DNA of 64,000 nucleotides, from NCBI GenBank assembly GCA_963846585.1, contig CAWJWO010000018.1, positions 427,759 to 491,758 of the forward strand, given 5' to 3'. The stretch is from an uncultured Bacteroidota bacterium. Its GTDB lineage: Bacteria; Bacteroidota; Bacteroidia; Bacteroidales; JAAUTT01. Shown piece after piece: positions 1 through 8,474 of this stretch; the first letter of the stretch is position 1, and each line of letters starts with the position of its first letter. The translations under genes were made by a program, and so were the position numbers. A model generated the notes under the pieces. That model saw only the letters and a list, made by a program, of their open reading frames with translations, did not search any database and was not told the origin of the DNA.

Positions 1-78
1 CCTGTTGTTGAACATATTGAAAATGCATTTTATCCCAGGGTAAATTAAATCTAAAAAACAACTTTAATTAAATTCAAA

Positions 79-675
79 ATGAAAGAAAACAACAACTTTA
101 ATTACTTAATAAAGAAACTTGTAAATTATTTTTTACAGGGACTGCTTTATGTATTGCCACTTGGGCTTACAATATTTGTAATAGTTTACCTTGTTAATCA
201 GGTAGATGGAATTCTATCCCCAATATTTACTCATTTCCTCAATATTAAAATTCCGGGTTTGGGTTTATTATCAATGTTATTAATAATTACAATTTTTGGT
301 TATATAGGCCAGACAGTTTTGGGACGACCCTTCAAATTGGTTATTGAAAGGCTTCTTCAAAAAGCTCCTTTATTAAATATGGTTTACACCTCCATAAGGG
401 ATTTTATGGAAGCATTTGTCGGCAAGGAGAAAAAATTTAACCAGCCCGTTCTTATTAAAATAAACCCGTCATCAGAGTTAGAACGTATGGGGTTCATCAC
501 ACAGCATGACCTGTCAGAACTTTCAATAAAAGATAAAGTTGCTGTTTATATTCCGTTTGCATATGCCTTTTCCGGGGAACTTTATATAGTGCCTTCCTCC
601 TATGTTACCTATGTTAATATATCTTCAAGTGAATGGATGAAATTTATAATATCAGGAGGAATCACCCGGGTATGA
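79..675 (+). CDS. DUF502-family integral membrane protein
   Basis: 198-aa ORF with two N-terminal hydrophobic helices (LLYVLPLGLTIFVIVYLV; GLGLLSMLLIITIFGYIG) followed by a soluble tail, the layout typical of DUF502 proteins. Confidence 0.7.
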   Translation: MKENNNFNYLIKKLVNYFLQGLLYVLPLGLTIFVIVYLVNQVDGILSPIFTHFLNIKIPGLGLLSMLLIITIFGYIGQTVLGRPFKLVIERLLQKAPLLNMVYTSIRDFMEAFVGKEKKFNQPVLIKINPSSELERMGFITQHDLSELSIKDKVAVYIPFAYAFSGELYIVPSSYVTYVNISSSEWMKFIISGGITRV

Positions 676-676
676 T

Positions 677-1077
677 TTTAGCTGTTAGTTGTTAGTTGTT
701 GGTTTTAAAATAGAACCAAGAGCCATCCTTCGACTTCGCTCAGGAACCAAGAACCAGGAGCCAAGACATGGGACGTGGGAGGACGTGAAAAAGAGGACGT
801 GAAAGGACGTGGGGATTTGAGATTTAAGAATTAAGATTTGCGATTTGTGATATGGTGTTTCTGATTCCACTGATAATTCTATTTTAGAATGATATCCTTC
901 AACTGTTTTCTGTCTTCTGTTTTTCTGTCTTCTTTTTTCTATTACCTGTCTTCTTTAATCTTTCTTCTGTTTCACCTCCCATGTCCCAAGTCTCATGTCT
1001 TTTCATGTCCTTTCACGTCCTTTCACGTCCTTTCACGTCCTTTCATGTCCTTTCATGTCCTTTCATGTCCTTTCATT
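677..1077. repeat. Composite word-array element R1
   Basis: Left half carries GTTAGTT x3, GGAACCAAGAACCAGGAGCCAAGA, GGACGTG units and GATTTGAGATTTAAGAAT. Right half carries TGTCTTC units, then about 7.5 tandem copies of the 10-mer TTTCA[C/T]GTCC (1001-1076). GGACGTG on the left and CACGTCC on the right are reverse complements. Confidence 0.9.
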
Positions 1078-1218
1078 GGACATACAATATCATATATTGG
1101 TTTACTAAATATAGCTATTTGGCCATATTTATATTAGATATTTATTATTTATCGAACAATATTGAATCTATTCACAAGAATTTTCGTATTTATAATAAAA
1201 TATAATGTGATAAAAATT

Positions 1219-1407
1219 ATGGAAACCTGTGAATATATAAATTTCGATTATAAATGTATAGGTGAAACAAGCCAAATAAAATCTATTCTTCGAAGTAAGC
1301 AATACATTATAAATGAATACGAACAAGCAAATTCAAAAAATATATGTTTATATTGCCATGGAACAATTGATGATATGGCTTTATTAATTCTCGTTATGCC
1401 AAATTAG
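1219..1407 (+). CDS. Hypothetical small Cys-rich protein (62 aa from the internal ATG); uncertain
   Basis: ORF METCEYINFDYKC...NICLYCHG with two Cys pairs (CX9C, CXXC). I recognise no homology. It lies in an AT-rich island between word arrays, and its TAG stop is the first TAG of an AGTGCTT-type array. Confidence 0.25.
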   Translation: METCEYINFDYKCIGETSQIKSILRSKQYIINEYEQANSKNICLYCHGTIDDMALLILVMPN

Positions 1408-1464
1408 TGCTTAGTAAATAGTGCATAGTGCCTAGCAAATAGATGTTAGTTGTCAGATGTTAGC
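1405..1464. repeat. Word array R2 (TAGTGCTTAGTAAATAGTGCATAGTGCCTAGC, then GTTAGTTGTCAGATGTTAGC)
   Basis: 7-nt AGTGCTT/AGTGCAT and GTTAGTT units read directly from the sequence. The array starts on the stop codon of the upstream small ORF. Confidence 0.85.
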
Positions 1465-1533
1465 ATATTACTATATCCCAAAGTAAAATATAGAAGAATC
1501 ATTATCTCATAAATTTTGCTAGATTAATTAAAC

Positions 1534-1566
1534 TATTGTATTAACTTTGTAATTACAAATACAATA
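1534..1566 (+). promoter_or_regulatory. Candidate mazEF promoter/operator
   Basis: 9-bp inverted repeat TATTGTATT (1534-1542) / AATACAATA (1558-1566) enclosing TAACTTTG (1542-1549). TAACTTTG fits the Bacteroidota -7 consensus TAnnTTTG, 23 nt upstream of the mazE ATG. TA antitoxins classically autoregulate through such palindromes. Confidence 0.45.
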
Positions 1567-1571
1567 AACTT

Positions 1572-1817
1572 ATGGAAGTTTCCGTAGTGCAAATTGGCAA
1601 TTCGAGAGGAATACGATTAAGTAAAACTTTAATAGATAAATATAATATAAAAGATAAGGTTGAGTTAATTCTTGAAAAAGAACAAATGGTGATTAGAGCA
1701 AAACCTGAGCCCAGGAAAGGTTGGGAAATAGGATTTAAAGCAATGCATGATAATGGGGATGACAAACTTTTGATTGATGATATTTTTGAAAATGAAAAGT
1801 TTGAAGAATGGAGTTAA
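1572..1817 (+). CDS. mazE: AbrB/MazE/SpoVT-family antitoxin
   Basis: 81 aa. The N-terminal swapped-hairpin motif VQIGNSRGIRLSKTLIDKY is typical of MazE/AbrB. It overlaps the downstream toxin gene by 10 nt. Confidence 0.85.
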   Translation: MEVSVVQIGNSRGIRLSKTLIDKYNIKDKVELILEKEQMVIRAKPEPRKGWEIGFKAMHDNGDDKLLIDDIFENEKFEEWS

Positions 1818-2131
1818 GTCAATACCAGATAGTTTTAGTAAATCTTGAACCAACTATCGGTTATGAGATTAAAAAGACAAGACCCTGTGTCGTAATATCT
1901 CCAAATGAGATGAACCATTTTCTTGAGACAATTGTAATAGCTCCAATGACAAGTTCGACAAAAAAATATCCCTCACGTATTAAAGTAAATCATGGAAATA
2001 AAATTGGATGGATAGTTCTGGATCAAATACGCACAATTGACAGACAACGCATTATAAAAATATTTGATATTTTAACAGATAAAGAGATTAATAAGGTTAA
2101 GGAAACAATTAAGGAGTTATATGTAGATTAA
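1808..2131 (+). CDS. mazF: MazF/PemK-family endoribonuclease toxin
   Basis: 107 aa. The stretches IVLVNLEPTIGYEIKKTRPCVVISPNEMN and IVAPMTSS...LDQIRTIDRQR match the PemK/MazF fold signature. Translationally coupled to mazE. Confidence 0.85.
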   Translation: MELSQYQIVLVNLEPTIGYEIKKTRPCVVISPNEMNHFLETIVIAPMTSSTKKYPSRIKVNHGNKIGWIVLDQIRTIDRQRIIKIFDILTDKEINKVKETIKELYVD

Positions 2132-2145
2132 CGCCTTTTTTCATT

Positions 2146-2331
2146 TGTCATTAGTAATCAGCGATTTGTCATCATTTGCACATCTGCACCTTACTTTTTC
2201 TGCCTTCTGTCCTCTTTTATCTTTGATCTTTCTTCTTTTTCACGTCCTTCACGTCCCTTTTTGTCTTCTGCCTTCTTCTTTTTACTTCTCAAATCTCATA
2301 TGCCATGTCTTGGCTCCTGGTTCTTGGTTCT
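2146..2331. repeat. Composite word-array element R3
   Basis: Ordered words CTGCCTTCTGTC, TTTTATCTTTGATC, CACGTCCTTCACGTCC, GTCTTCTGCC, CTCAAATCTCA, CTTGGCTCCTGGTTCTTGGTTC. The array ends 2 nt from the cysE stop codon. Confidence 0.9.
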
Positions 2332-2333
2332 AA

Positions 2334-3173
2334 TTAAATTACAAAATTTATCGGTTCCACAAATTTCTTAGAATCACGGATAATGATCGAAGGTTTATGA
2401 TAAACCACTGAAAATGCTGAAACACTTTCGGTTATCCAGGAATTACCTCCCACAACAGTATCGTGTCCAATAATAGTTTGTCCTCCCAGAATAGTGCTCC
2501 CTGCGTAAATAATCACATTATCTTCAATAGTCGGATGTCGTTTTACATTTGTAAGTTCCTTGCCCACATATAAAGCACCTAAAGTAACACCCTGGTATAT
2601 TTTTACATTTTTCCCTATGATAGTTGTTTCACCGATAACTATTCCCGTACCATGATCAATGAAAAAGCTATGGCCGATTTTTGCGCCGGGATGAATATCA
2701 ATCCCGGTCTTAGCATGTGCATATTCAGATATTATCCTTGGTAAAACCGGGATATTCATGTTATAAAGTACATGTGACAAGCGGTATATTGACAATGCAT
2801 AAAATCCGGGATAACATAATATTATTTCTTCAAGGCACTTTGCAGCAGGATCGAATTTCAGATAAGCCTCCGCATCCTTTATAAGTTTGTCATAAATAGT
2901 TGAAACTGTTGAAAAAAAATCGACTGAAAGTTCTTTAACAGTTTTAGGCAATGTAGGTTGCAGGGGTTTCAGCAATTCGTTAAACTGAGCCTGAATATCC
3001 TCCCATTTTGATTCAAAATGGGAAATACTCGCGTTCTTGTCAGCACGGATCGGAAAAAGAAAATTTATAATATCGTTTATAAAATGATGCGTTTTTGCAA
3101 TTGAAGGAACTTCATTGCAAAATGAATGTGTTTTTGAAAATATCCTTTTAGGTAATCCCTTAATTGAATCCAT
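2334..3173 (-). CDS. cysE: Serine O-acetyltransferase (long-form)
   Basis: Hexapeptide-repeat core IHPGAKIGHSFFIDHGTGIVIGETTIIGKNVKIYQGVTLG matches the CysE catalytic region, with an extended helical N-terminus. Confidence 0.85.
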   Translation of the reverse strand: MDSIKGLPKRIFSKTHSFCNEVPSIAKTHHFINDIINFLFPIRADKNASISHFESKWEDIQAQFNELLKPLQPTLPKTVKELSVDFFSTVSTIYDKLIKDAEAYLKFDPAAKCLEEIILCYPGFYALSIYRLSHVLYNMNIPVLPRIISEYAHAKTGIDIHPGAKIGHSFFIDHGTGIVIGETTIIGKNVKIYQGVTLGALYVGKELTNVKRHPTIEDNVIIYAGSTILGGQTIIGHDTVVGGNSWITESVSAFSVVYHKPSIIIRDSKKFVEPINFVI

Positions 3174-3232
3174 CAGACTATCGTATAATGAAGTTATTGA
3201 ATACTAATTTTACAAAAACCATGCATTATTTA

Positions 3233-3290
3233 TTTTCAAATTTGCACATTTCTTGCCCTGAGCGTAGTCGAAGGGTCAAATTTTCAAATT
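3233..3290 (+). repeat. 58-nt element, copy 1
   Basis: TTTTCAAATTTGCACATTTCTTGCCCTGAGCGTAGTCGAAGGGTCAAATTTTCAAATT. Identical to 27161-27218 and 2 mismatches from 31465-31522. Both ends carry a direct TTTTCAAATT, and the centre is a stem TTGCCCT/AGGGTCAA. Confidence 0.9.
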
Positions 3291-3322
3291 ATTTTTCAAT
3301 ATCTTCCTTTCTTAATAATATT

Positions 3323-4585
3323 TTACCCCCTTATCGCCTTTATGCCAGGGAGTTCCTTTCCTTCCATATATTCCAGCATTGCTCCTCCTCCCGTTGAAAC
3401 ATAACTTACCTTGTCGGCAAGATGGTTTTTATTTATAGCGGCTACTGAATCACCCCCGCCAATTAAACTAAAGGCCCCATTGGCAGTAGCTTTTGCTATA
3501 GCTTTAGCAATTGCAGTTGTACCTTTGGCAAATTTTTCCATTTCGAAAACTCCCATAGGCCCATTCCAAAGTATTGTTTTAGATTTTTCAATAACCGCGC
3601 TCATCAATTTTACTGATTCGTCCCCAATATCCAGGCCCATCCAACCATCAGGAGTCTGGTCAATTTTCGATAACCGTATATTTGCATCCGCATTAAATTC
3701 ATCTGCATTAACCGCATCAACCGGAAGCACAACTTTTATTCCCTTTGATTTGGCTTTTTGAAGGATTTCAAGTGCCAAACCCAGTTGATCTTCTTCGCAA
3801 AGGGATTTTCCTATTTTACCACCCTGAGCCTTAATGAATGTATATGTCATCCCCCCACCTATAATAAGATTATCAATTCTATTCAGAAGATTTCCTATAA
3901 TCAGAATTTTATCGGAAACCTTGGCCCCTCCCATTATAGCTGTGAATGGCCTTACTGCATCAAGAAGAATTTTATCCATGGCTTTTAATTCACTTTCAAT
4001 AAGGTAGCCAAACATACAGTCATTAGGAAAGTATGCTGCAATCAGGGCAGTTGACGCGTGAGCCCTGTGAGCAGTTCCAAAAGCATCGTTAACGTAACAA
4101 TCAGCATAACCGGCAAGTTTCTTTACAAAGTCCTTCTGGCGTTCTTTCACTAAGGCCTTACCAGCCTTTTTTTCTTCTTCCGTAGCATTTTCTCCAAGAT
4201 GATAGGGTTTTCCTTCTTCTTCTTCATAAAACCTGAGATTCTCCAATAATACAACATCCCCGGGCTTCATCGAGGAAGTAACTTTTTTTGCCTCTTCGCC
4301 TGCACAATCACTAACAAATATAACTTTTGTGCCAATAATTTTCTCAACTGCAGGTATTATATGTTTAAGTGAATATTTATCCTGTATCTTTCCGTCCGGA
4401 CGTCCAAGATGAGACATCAGAATTACGGAACCACCATCATTTAATATTTTTTTAATTGTCGGCAAGGCTCCACGAATTCGTGTATCGTCCGTTACCTCAA
4501 ATGTTTGTTTGTTGAGTGGTACGTTAAAATCAACACGAACAATTGCTTTTTTATTTTTAAAATTATAAGTCTCTATTGTTTGCAT
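3323..4585 (-). CDS. pgk: Phosphoglycerate kinase
   Basis: 420 aa. Contains RVDFNVPL, the SHLGRP hinge motif, [14 protein letters not shown] and the C-terminal STGGGA.LE motif. Confidence 0.95.
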   Translation of the reverse strand: MQTIETYNFKNKKAIVRVDFNVPLNKQTFEVTDDTRIRGALPTIKKILNDGGSVILMSHLGRPDGKIQDKYSLKHIIPAVEKIIGTKVIFVSDCAGEEAKKVTSSMKPGDVVLLENLRFYEEEEGKPYHLGENATEEEKKAGKALVKERQKDFVKKLAGYADCYVNDAFGTAHRAHASTALIAAYFPNDCMFGYLIESELKAMDKILLDAVRPFTAIMGGAKVSDKILIIGNLLNRIDNLIIGGGMTYTFIKAQGGKIGKSLCEEDQLGLALEILQKAKSKGIKVVLPVDAVNADEFNADANIRLSKIDQTPDGWMGLDIGDESVKLMSAVIEKSKTILWNGPMGVFEMEKFAKGTTAIAKAIAKATANGAFSLIGGGDSVAAINKNHLADKVSYVSTGGGAMLEYMEGKELPGIKAIRG

Positions 4586-4638
4586 ATATTTTAATTAAGG
4601 ATTAATATTGAATCCCAAAGTTAATTATTTTTTCCAAA

Positions 4639-5766
4639 ATGACTTTCAAAGAAATAACCGGTCAGGATGATATCAAAAAACGCCTTATAAAAACAGTAAA
4701 GGATAACAGGATTGCCCATGCTCAATTATTTTTTGGACCTGAAGGTTGTGGCAACCTTGCTTTGGCTATAGCTTACGCACAATATATCAATTGCTTAAGC
4801 CCTACCGACGAAGATTCCTGTGGCACTTGTCCCTCTTGTAATAAATATCAAAAGTTAATTCATCCCGATTTGCATTTTATATTTCCTGTTGCAACTACAA
4901 AAAAAATAACAAAAGAACCGGTAAGTGACGACTATATTAAAGAGTGGCGGGAAATGCTTCTTAGTTCACCATATATTTCTCTGCAACAATGGTATGATAA
5001 AATCGAACTCGAAAATAAACAAGGTAGCATTAGTAAAAATGAAAGCCAGGAAATATTAAGGAAGTTAAACCTTAAAACATACGAAGCAGAATATAAAATT
5101 ATTATAATATGGCTGCCTGAAAAAATGAACATTATTGCTGCTAACAAATTATTAAAAATACTGGAGGAACCCCCTGCAAAAACATTATTCCTGATGATTC
5201 CTGAAAATACCGAAACTTTACTGCAAACAATAATTTCGAGAACCCAGCTAATTAAAATTCCAAAAATAACTGATGAAGATCTGCTTAAATTCATGAAACA
5301 TAAATATGTGTTGCCTGATTCTCAGCTTTTGGATATAGTTCGCCTGGCGAATGGAAACTTTATAAGAGCTACTGCAATTTTTGAAAACAATAATGAAGAT
5401 TCATTTAATTTTGAAAAATTCATTACACTTATGCGTTTATGCTGGAGTAAAGATGTACCGGGTATTTTGAAGTGGTGCGAGTCATTATCGGGAATTGGCC
5501 GCGAACGCCAAAAAAGTTTTTTATTATATGCTCTTAGAATAATTCGTGCGAATTTTATGATGAATTGCCATGTCCCGCAACTCTCACTTCTAACGGAAAA
5601 AGAATCGGAATTTTCATCAAAATTTTTCAATTATATAAATAATGAAAATGTTTATCTGTTAACGGAAGAATTAAATAAAGCACATAACCATATTGAATCA
5701 AATGCAAATGATAAAATAGTTTTCCTTGATATGTCATTAAAATTAATCAAATTGATAAGGAAGTAA
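4639..5766 (+). CDS. holB: DNA polymerase III subunit delta'
   Basis: 375 aa. Contains HAQLFFGPEGCGNLALAIAYAQYINC, a Zn-module CGTCPSC, and SRTQ in the sensor region. The conserved holB-ricT gene order follows. Confidence 0.85.
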   Translation: MTFKEITGQDDIKKRLIKTVKDNRIAHAQLFFGPEGCGNLALAIAYAQYINCLSPTDEDSCGTCPSCNKYQKLIHPDLHFIFPVATTKKITKEPVSDDYIKEWREMLLSSPYISLQQWYDKIELENKQGSISKNESQEILRKLNLKTYEAEYKIIIIWLPEKMNIIAANKLLKILEEPPAKTLFLMIPENTETLLQTIISRTQLIKIPKITDEDLLKFMKHKYVLPDSQLLDIVRLANGNFIRATAIFENNNEDSFNFEKFITLMRLCWSKDVPGILKWCESLSGIGRERQKSFLLYALRIIRANFMMNCHVPQLSLLTEKESEFSSKFFNYINNENVYLLTEELNKAHNHIESNANDKIVFLDMSLKLIKLIRK

Positions 5767-5806
5767 TTTTAACTATTTTTGTAAAACCTGTAAATAAAGA
5801 AAATTC

Positions 5807-6970
5807 ATGAACAATCTAAATATATGCTGTACCCGTGGATGTTTTAACCAAACCGGAGAGCTGGCAGAAACTGAACCACATTCAATGCTTGGGTGCAATA
5901 AGCTTGACATATTCAACTGGCTCCGGGATATTCCGCAATATAGATTTGAATCTGATATTGTTGAAATCCGATTTAAAAATACAAGAAAAGGTTATTACTT
6001 AAATGTAAATAAACTGCGCCTCAACCAAGGAGATATTGTTGCCGTTGAAGCATCTCCCGGACATGATATTGGCATTGTTTCTCTTACTGGCGATCTTGTT
6101 TATTTTCAATTAAAAAAAGCAGGGATTGCTTTAACAACCCAGGAAGAAATAAAAAAAATTTACCGGAAAGCAAAAGCAGTAGATATTGAAAAATGGTACC
6201 AGGCAATTGAAGTTGAAAATACTACCATGCTTAAGGCACGAAATATAGCTATACAGCTTAATCTTGATATGAAGATTGGCGACGTTGAATACCAAGGAGA
6301 TAAAACGAAAGCAATTTTTTATTACATTGCTGATGACCGGGTCGATTTCCGGGAATTAATTAAGAAATATGCCGAAGAGTTCAAGGTTCGTATTGAAATG
6401 AAACAGATTGGTGCAAGGCAGGAAGCCGGCCGCATTGGTGGTATTGGTACTTGCGGGCGTGAATTATGTTGCTCTACATGGCTTACTAATTTTATTTCGG
6501 TAACTACAAATTCGGCCAGATACCAGGAAGTTTCCCTTAACCCTACTAAACTTGCCGGACAATGCGGTAAGCTTAAATGTTGCCTGAATTACGAATTAAA
6601 AGCATATATAGATGCTCAACAAGACTTCCCTGAAACATCTTTACCCTTAGAAATTTTGGAAGGTACTGCTTATCACCAAAAAACAGATATCTTCAGAAGG
6701 ATCATGTGGTACTCTTTTAGCAAAGATGATGCAACTAACCCTATCCCCGTTGATGTTGACAGGGTAAAGGAAATTCACGAGCTTAATAAAAATGGCATAA
6801 AAGCAAAAAACCTGACTGAACCTGTTGTTGAATCAAATCCTAAAAATGTCCTCGATTATCAAAATCCCGTTGGTTCAGACAGTATTACCCGATTTGAAGA
6901 AACCAGGAAAAATTTCAGATATAAGAAACGAAAAAACAAGAAACCACAGGATAATGAAAAAACTCAATAA
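5807..6970 (+). CDS. ricT: PSP1 domain protein (RicT/YaaT-like)
   Basis: 387 aa. The Cys cluster GTCGRELCCSTWL...GQCGKLKCCLNYE is characteristic of the PSP1 C-terminal domain. Located directly after holB, as in many bacteria. Confidence 0.8.
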   Translation: MNNLNICCTRGCFNQTGELAETEPHSMLGCNKLDIFNWLRDIPQYRFESDIVEIRFKNTRKGYYLNVNKLRLNQGDIVAVEASPGHDIGIVSLTGDLVYFQLKKAGIALTTQEEIKKIYRKAKAVDIEKWYQAIEVENTTMLKARNIAIQLNLDMKIGDVEYQGDKTKAIFYYIADDRVDFRELIKKYAEEFKVRIEMKQIGARQEAGRIGGIGTCGRELCCSTWLTNFISVTTNSARYQEVSLNPTKLAGQCGKLKCCLNYELKAYIDAQQDFPETSLPLEILEGTAYHQKTDIFRRIMWYSFSKDDATNPIPVDVDRVKEIHELNKNGIKAKNLTEPVVESNPKNVLDYQNPVGSDSITRFEETRKNFRYKKRKNKKPQDNEKTQ

Positions 6971-7457
6971 ATATATAACTATACTGATTTTTAGTGGTAA
7001 ATGGATACATTGCCTGTTTTTAATTTTATGTATAATTATAACAAGCTGTAAATACAATAGTATTTACGATAAATCAACCAATATACCAAATTACAAATGG
7101 AGCAAAAATTCGAAAATCAATTTCGAAATACCTGTCTCAGATACTATAAATGGATATAATATTTTGATTTCCCTGAGAAATGACAATGACTATCCTTACA
7201 GTAACTGCTTCCTTTTTGTTAATACTATCTCACCAAAAGGGATAATTATACACGATACAATTGAATTTTCACTGGCGGATGAGCATGGTAAATGGTTAGG
7301 ACATGGATTTGGCGGTGTATGGAGTACTGAATTCTATAAAAAAAACATAAGGTTCCCGGTTAAGGGGCCCTATAAAATTGAAGTTATTCAGGCTATGAGA
7401 GACGAACCTTTGGTTGGAATTATGGATGTCAGTATTCGCATCGAAAAAGCAAAATAA
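6954..7457 (+). CDS. gldH: Gliding motility lipoprotein GldH
   Basis: Start moved to the internal ATG at 6954, giving MKKLNKY...IIITSC, a lipobox with Cys. The body motifs LRNDNDYPYSNCFLFV and DEHGKWLGHGFG fit my recollection of GldH. Overlaps the ricT 3' end by 17 nt. Confidence 0.8.
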   Translation: MKKLNKYITILIFSGKWIHCLFLILCIIITSCKYNSIYDKSTNIPNYKWSKNSKINFEIPVSDTINGYNILISLRNDNDYPYSNCFLFVNTISPKGIIIHDTIEFSLADEHGKWLGHGFGGVWSTEFYKKNIRFPVKGPYKIEVIQAMRDEPLVGIMDVSIRIEKAK

Positions 7458-7578
7458 AAGAATCTCTAAAAGCCTCAACTTTTTTGTTGGACTTCAAATT
7501 TTAAATCCTCATTTACCTTAAGTAAACTGCGGTTTAAAATTTTAGTCCGCCTCTAATTTGAGGCTTTAGAGATTCTTT
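7458..7578 (+). repeat. Nested-hairpin repeat, copy A (subfamily 1)
   Basis: Outer stem AAAGAATCTCTAAAAGCCTCAA / TTGAGGCTTTAGAGATTCTTT. Inner AT-rich stem CTTCAAATTTTAAATCC / GGTTTAAAATTTTAG. Core CTCATTTAC-CTTAA-GTAAACTG. It starts 1 nt after the gldH stop. Copy B is essentially its reverse complement. Confidence 0.9.
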
Positions 7579-7593
7579 AAAAAATAGGGGATT

Positions 7594-8286
7594 GTGAGTA
7601 AAAGAAAATTGGAACGATTTGCAGAATTAGGTACGTTTTTAAATGTAATTCAACCCGATATAGAAGAAATTTTTAATAAAGACCATTATATTAAAGGCAA
7701 ATGGAATGAAAATTTGTTCAAAAATAACAGCCCGATTGTTCTTGAGCTTGGTTGTGGTAAAGGTGAATATACCACAGGAATGGCCGAAGTTTGCCCTGAT
7801 AAGAATTTTATTGGTGTAGACATTAAGGGAGCCAGAATCTGGATAGGTGCGAGGTATGCAGATCGGCACAATCTCACTAATTCCGCATTTTTAAGGATAC
7901 GCATCGACCATATTACATCCTTGTTTGCCCGGGATGAAGTATCTGAAATTTGGATTACTTTTCCTGATCCATATGAAACACCCGGAAGATCAAAAAAACG
8001 GCTTACATCATCTGTCTTTCTTTCATCTTATCAGCATTTTCTTAAAAACAATGGCCTGATCCATCTTAAAACTGACAATAAAATTCTGTATGATTATACT
8101 CTTAAACTTTGTATTCTTAATAAATTTGAAATATTATATAATACTGACAACTTGTACCATTCTTCTTTCGATAATAACTGGCTAAATATTAAAACACACT
8201 ATGAAACCAAATTCCTGCTTAATAACATTCCAATAAAATATCTCTGTTTTAAGCTTAATAATAATGTAATGATTACTGATTGCTGA
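7594..8286 (+). CDS. trmB: tRNA (guanine-N7)-methyltransferase
   Basis: 230 aa with a GTG start. Contains the typical TrmB N-terminus KRKLERFAE, the SAM site LELGCGKGEYT, and FPDPY. Confidence 0.9.
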   Translation: MSKRKLERFAELGTFLNVIQPDIEEIFNKDHYIKGKWNENLFKNNSPIVLELGCGKGEYTTGMAEVCPDKNFIGVDIKGARIWIGARYADRHNLTNSAFLRIRIDHITSLFARDEVSEIWITFPDPYETPGRSKKRLTSSVFLSSYQHFLKNNGLIHLKTDNKILYDYTLKLCILNKFEILYNTDNLYHSSFDNNWLNIKTHYETKFLLNNIPIKYLCFKLNNNVMITDC

Positions 8287-8302
8287 TTACAATTGGAAAA
8301 CA

Positions 8303-8408
8303 AGTTTATAAGGTTTATAAAGTTTATAGAAGATCTTATAAAACTTCATCACCACATCACCACATCACCACATCACCTAATCACTTCATCACTTAATCAC
8401 CTAACCAC
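8303..8408. repeat. Word array R5
   Basis: GTTTATAAG 9-mers followed by CATCACCA 8-mers (x3-4) and variants (CTAATCAC, TTCATCAC). This is the reverse-complement order of the GTGATGAA + TATAAACC modules at 27076-27158. Confidence 0.9.
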
Positions 8409-8447
8409 TTTTTTAAAAACTGAACATAGTTATTCAAATCCGGTTTA

Positions 8448-8455
8448 TATATTTG
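8448..8455 (+). promoter_or_regulatory. Candidate -7 promoter box (TATATTTG) for the mrp gene
   Basis: Matches the Bacteroidota TAnnTTTG -7 consensus 20 nt upstream of the ATG at 8475. I saw no clear -33 TTTG. Confidence 0.3.
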
Positions 8456-8474
8456 AACAAAATATTTATAAAAT

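Noticed and set aside
1-78. Possible 3' end of an upstream plus-strand gene (frame ending at the TAA at 46-48)
   Set aside because: Only 15 codons are visible, which gives no basis for a call.
685-1205. ORF-track entries 685-870 (-), 889-1137 (+) and 981-1205 (+), with peptide repeats such as SFHVLSRPFTSFHVLSCPF
   Set aside because: They are translations of the 10-mer/7-mer word arrays (CACGTCCTTT etc.). They are low-complexity, overlap each other in different frames, and have no start context. They are treated as non-coding repeats.
2145-2333. Other repeat-encoded ORFs: 2145-2333, 8293-8490, 14310-14540, 21384-21692, 31048-31305, 50844-51104, 54801-55046, 3164-3397
   Set aside because: Each lies wholly or mainly in a word-array tract or the 58-nt element. 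Each shows the same LVLGSWF / HVLFHV / SSVFCFLS junk peptides on both strands. None is supported as a gene.
3411-5630. Antisense or alternative-frame ORFs nested in well-supported genes (for example 3411-3761 and 3758-3988 in pgk, 4932-5294 and 5322-5630 in holB; similar cases in glmS, the PBP1A gene mrcA, gldK, wzc and the esterase gene)
   Set aside because: They are fully contained within strongly supported CDSs on the opposite strand or another frame, and they lack recognisable domains. These are typical shadow ORFs.
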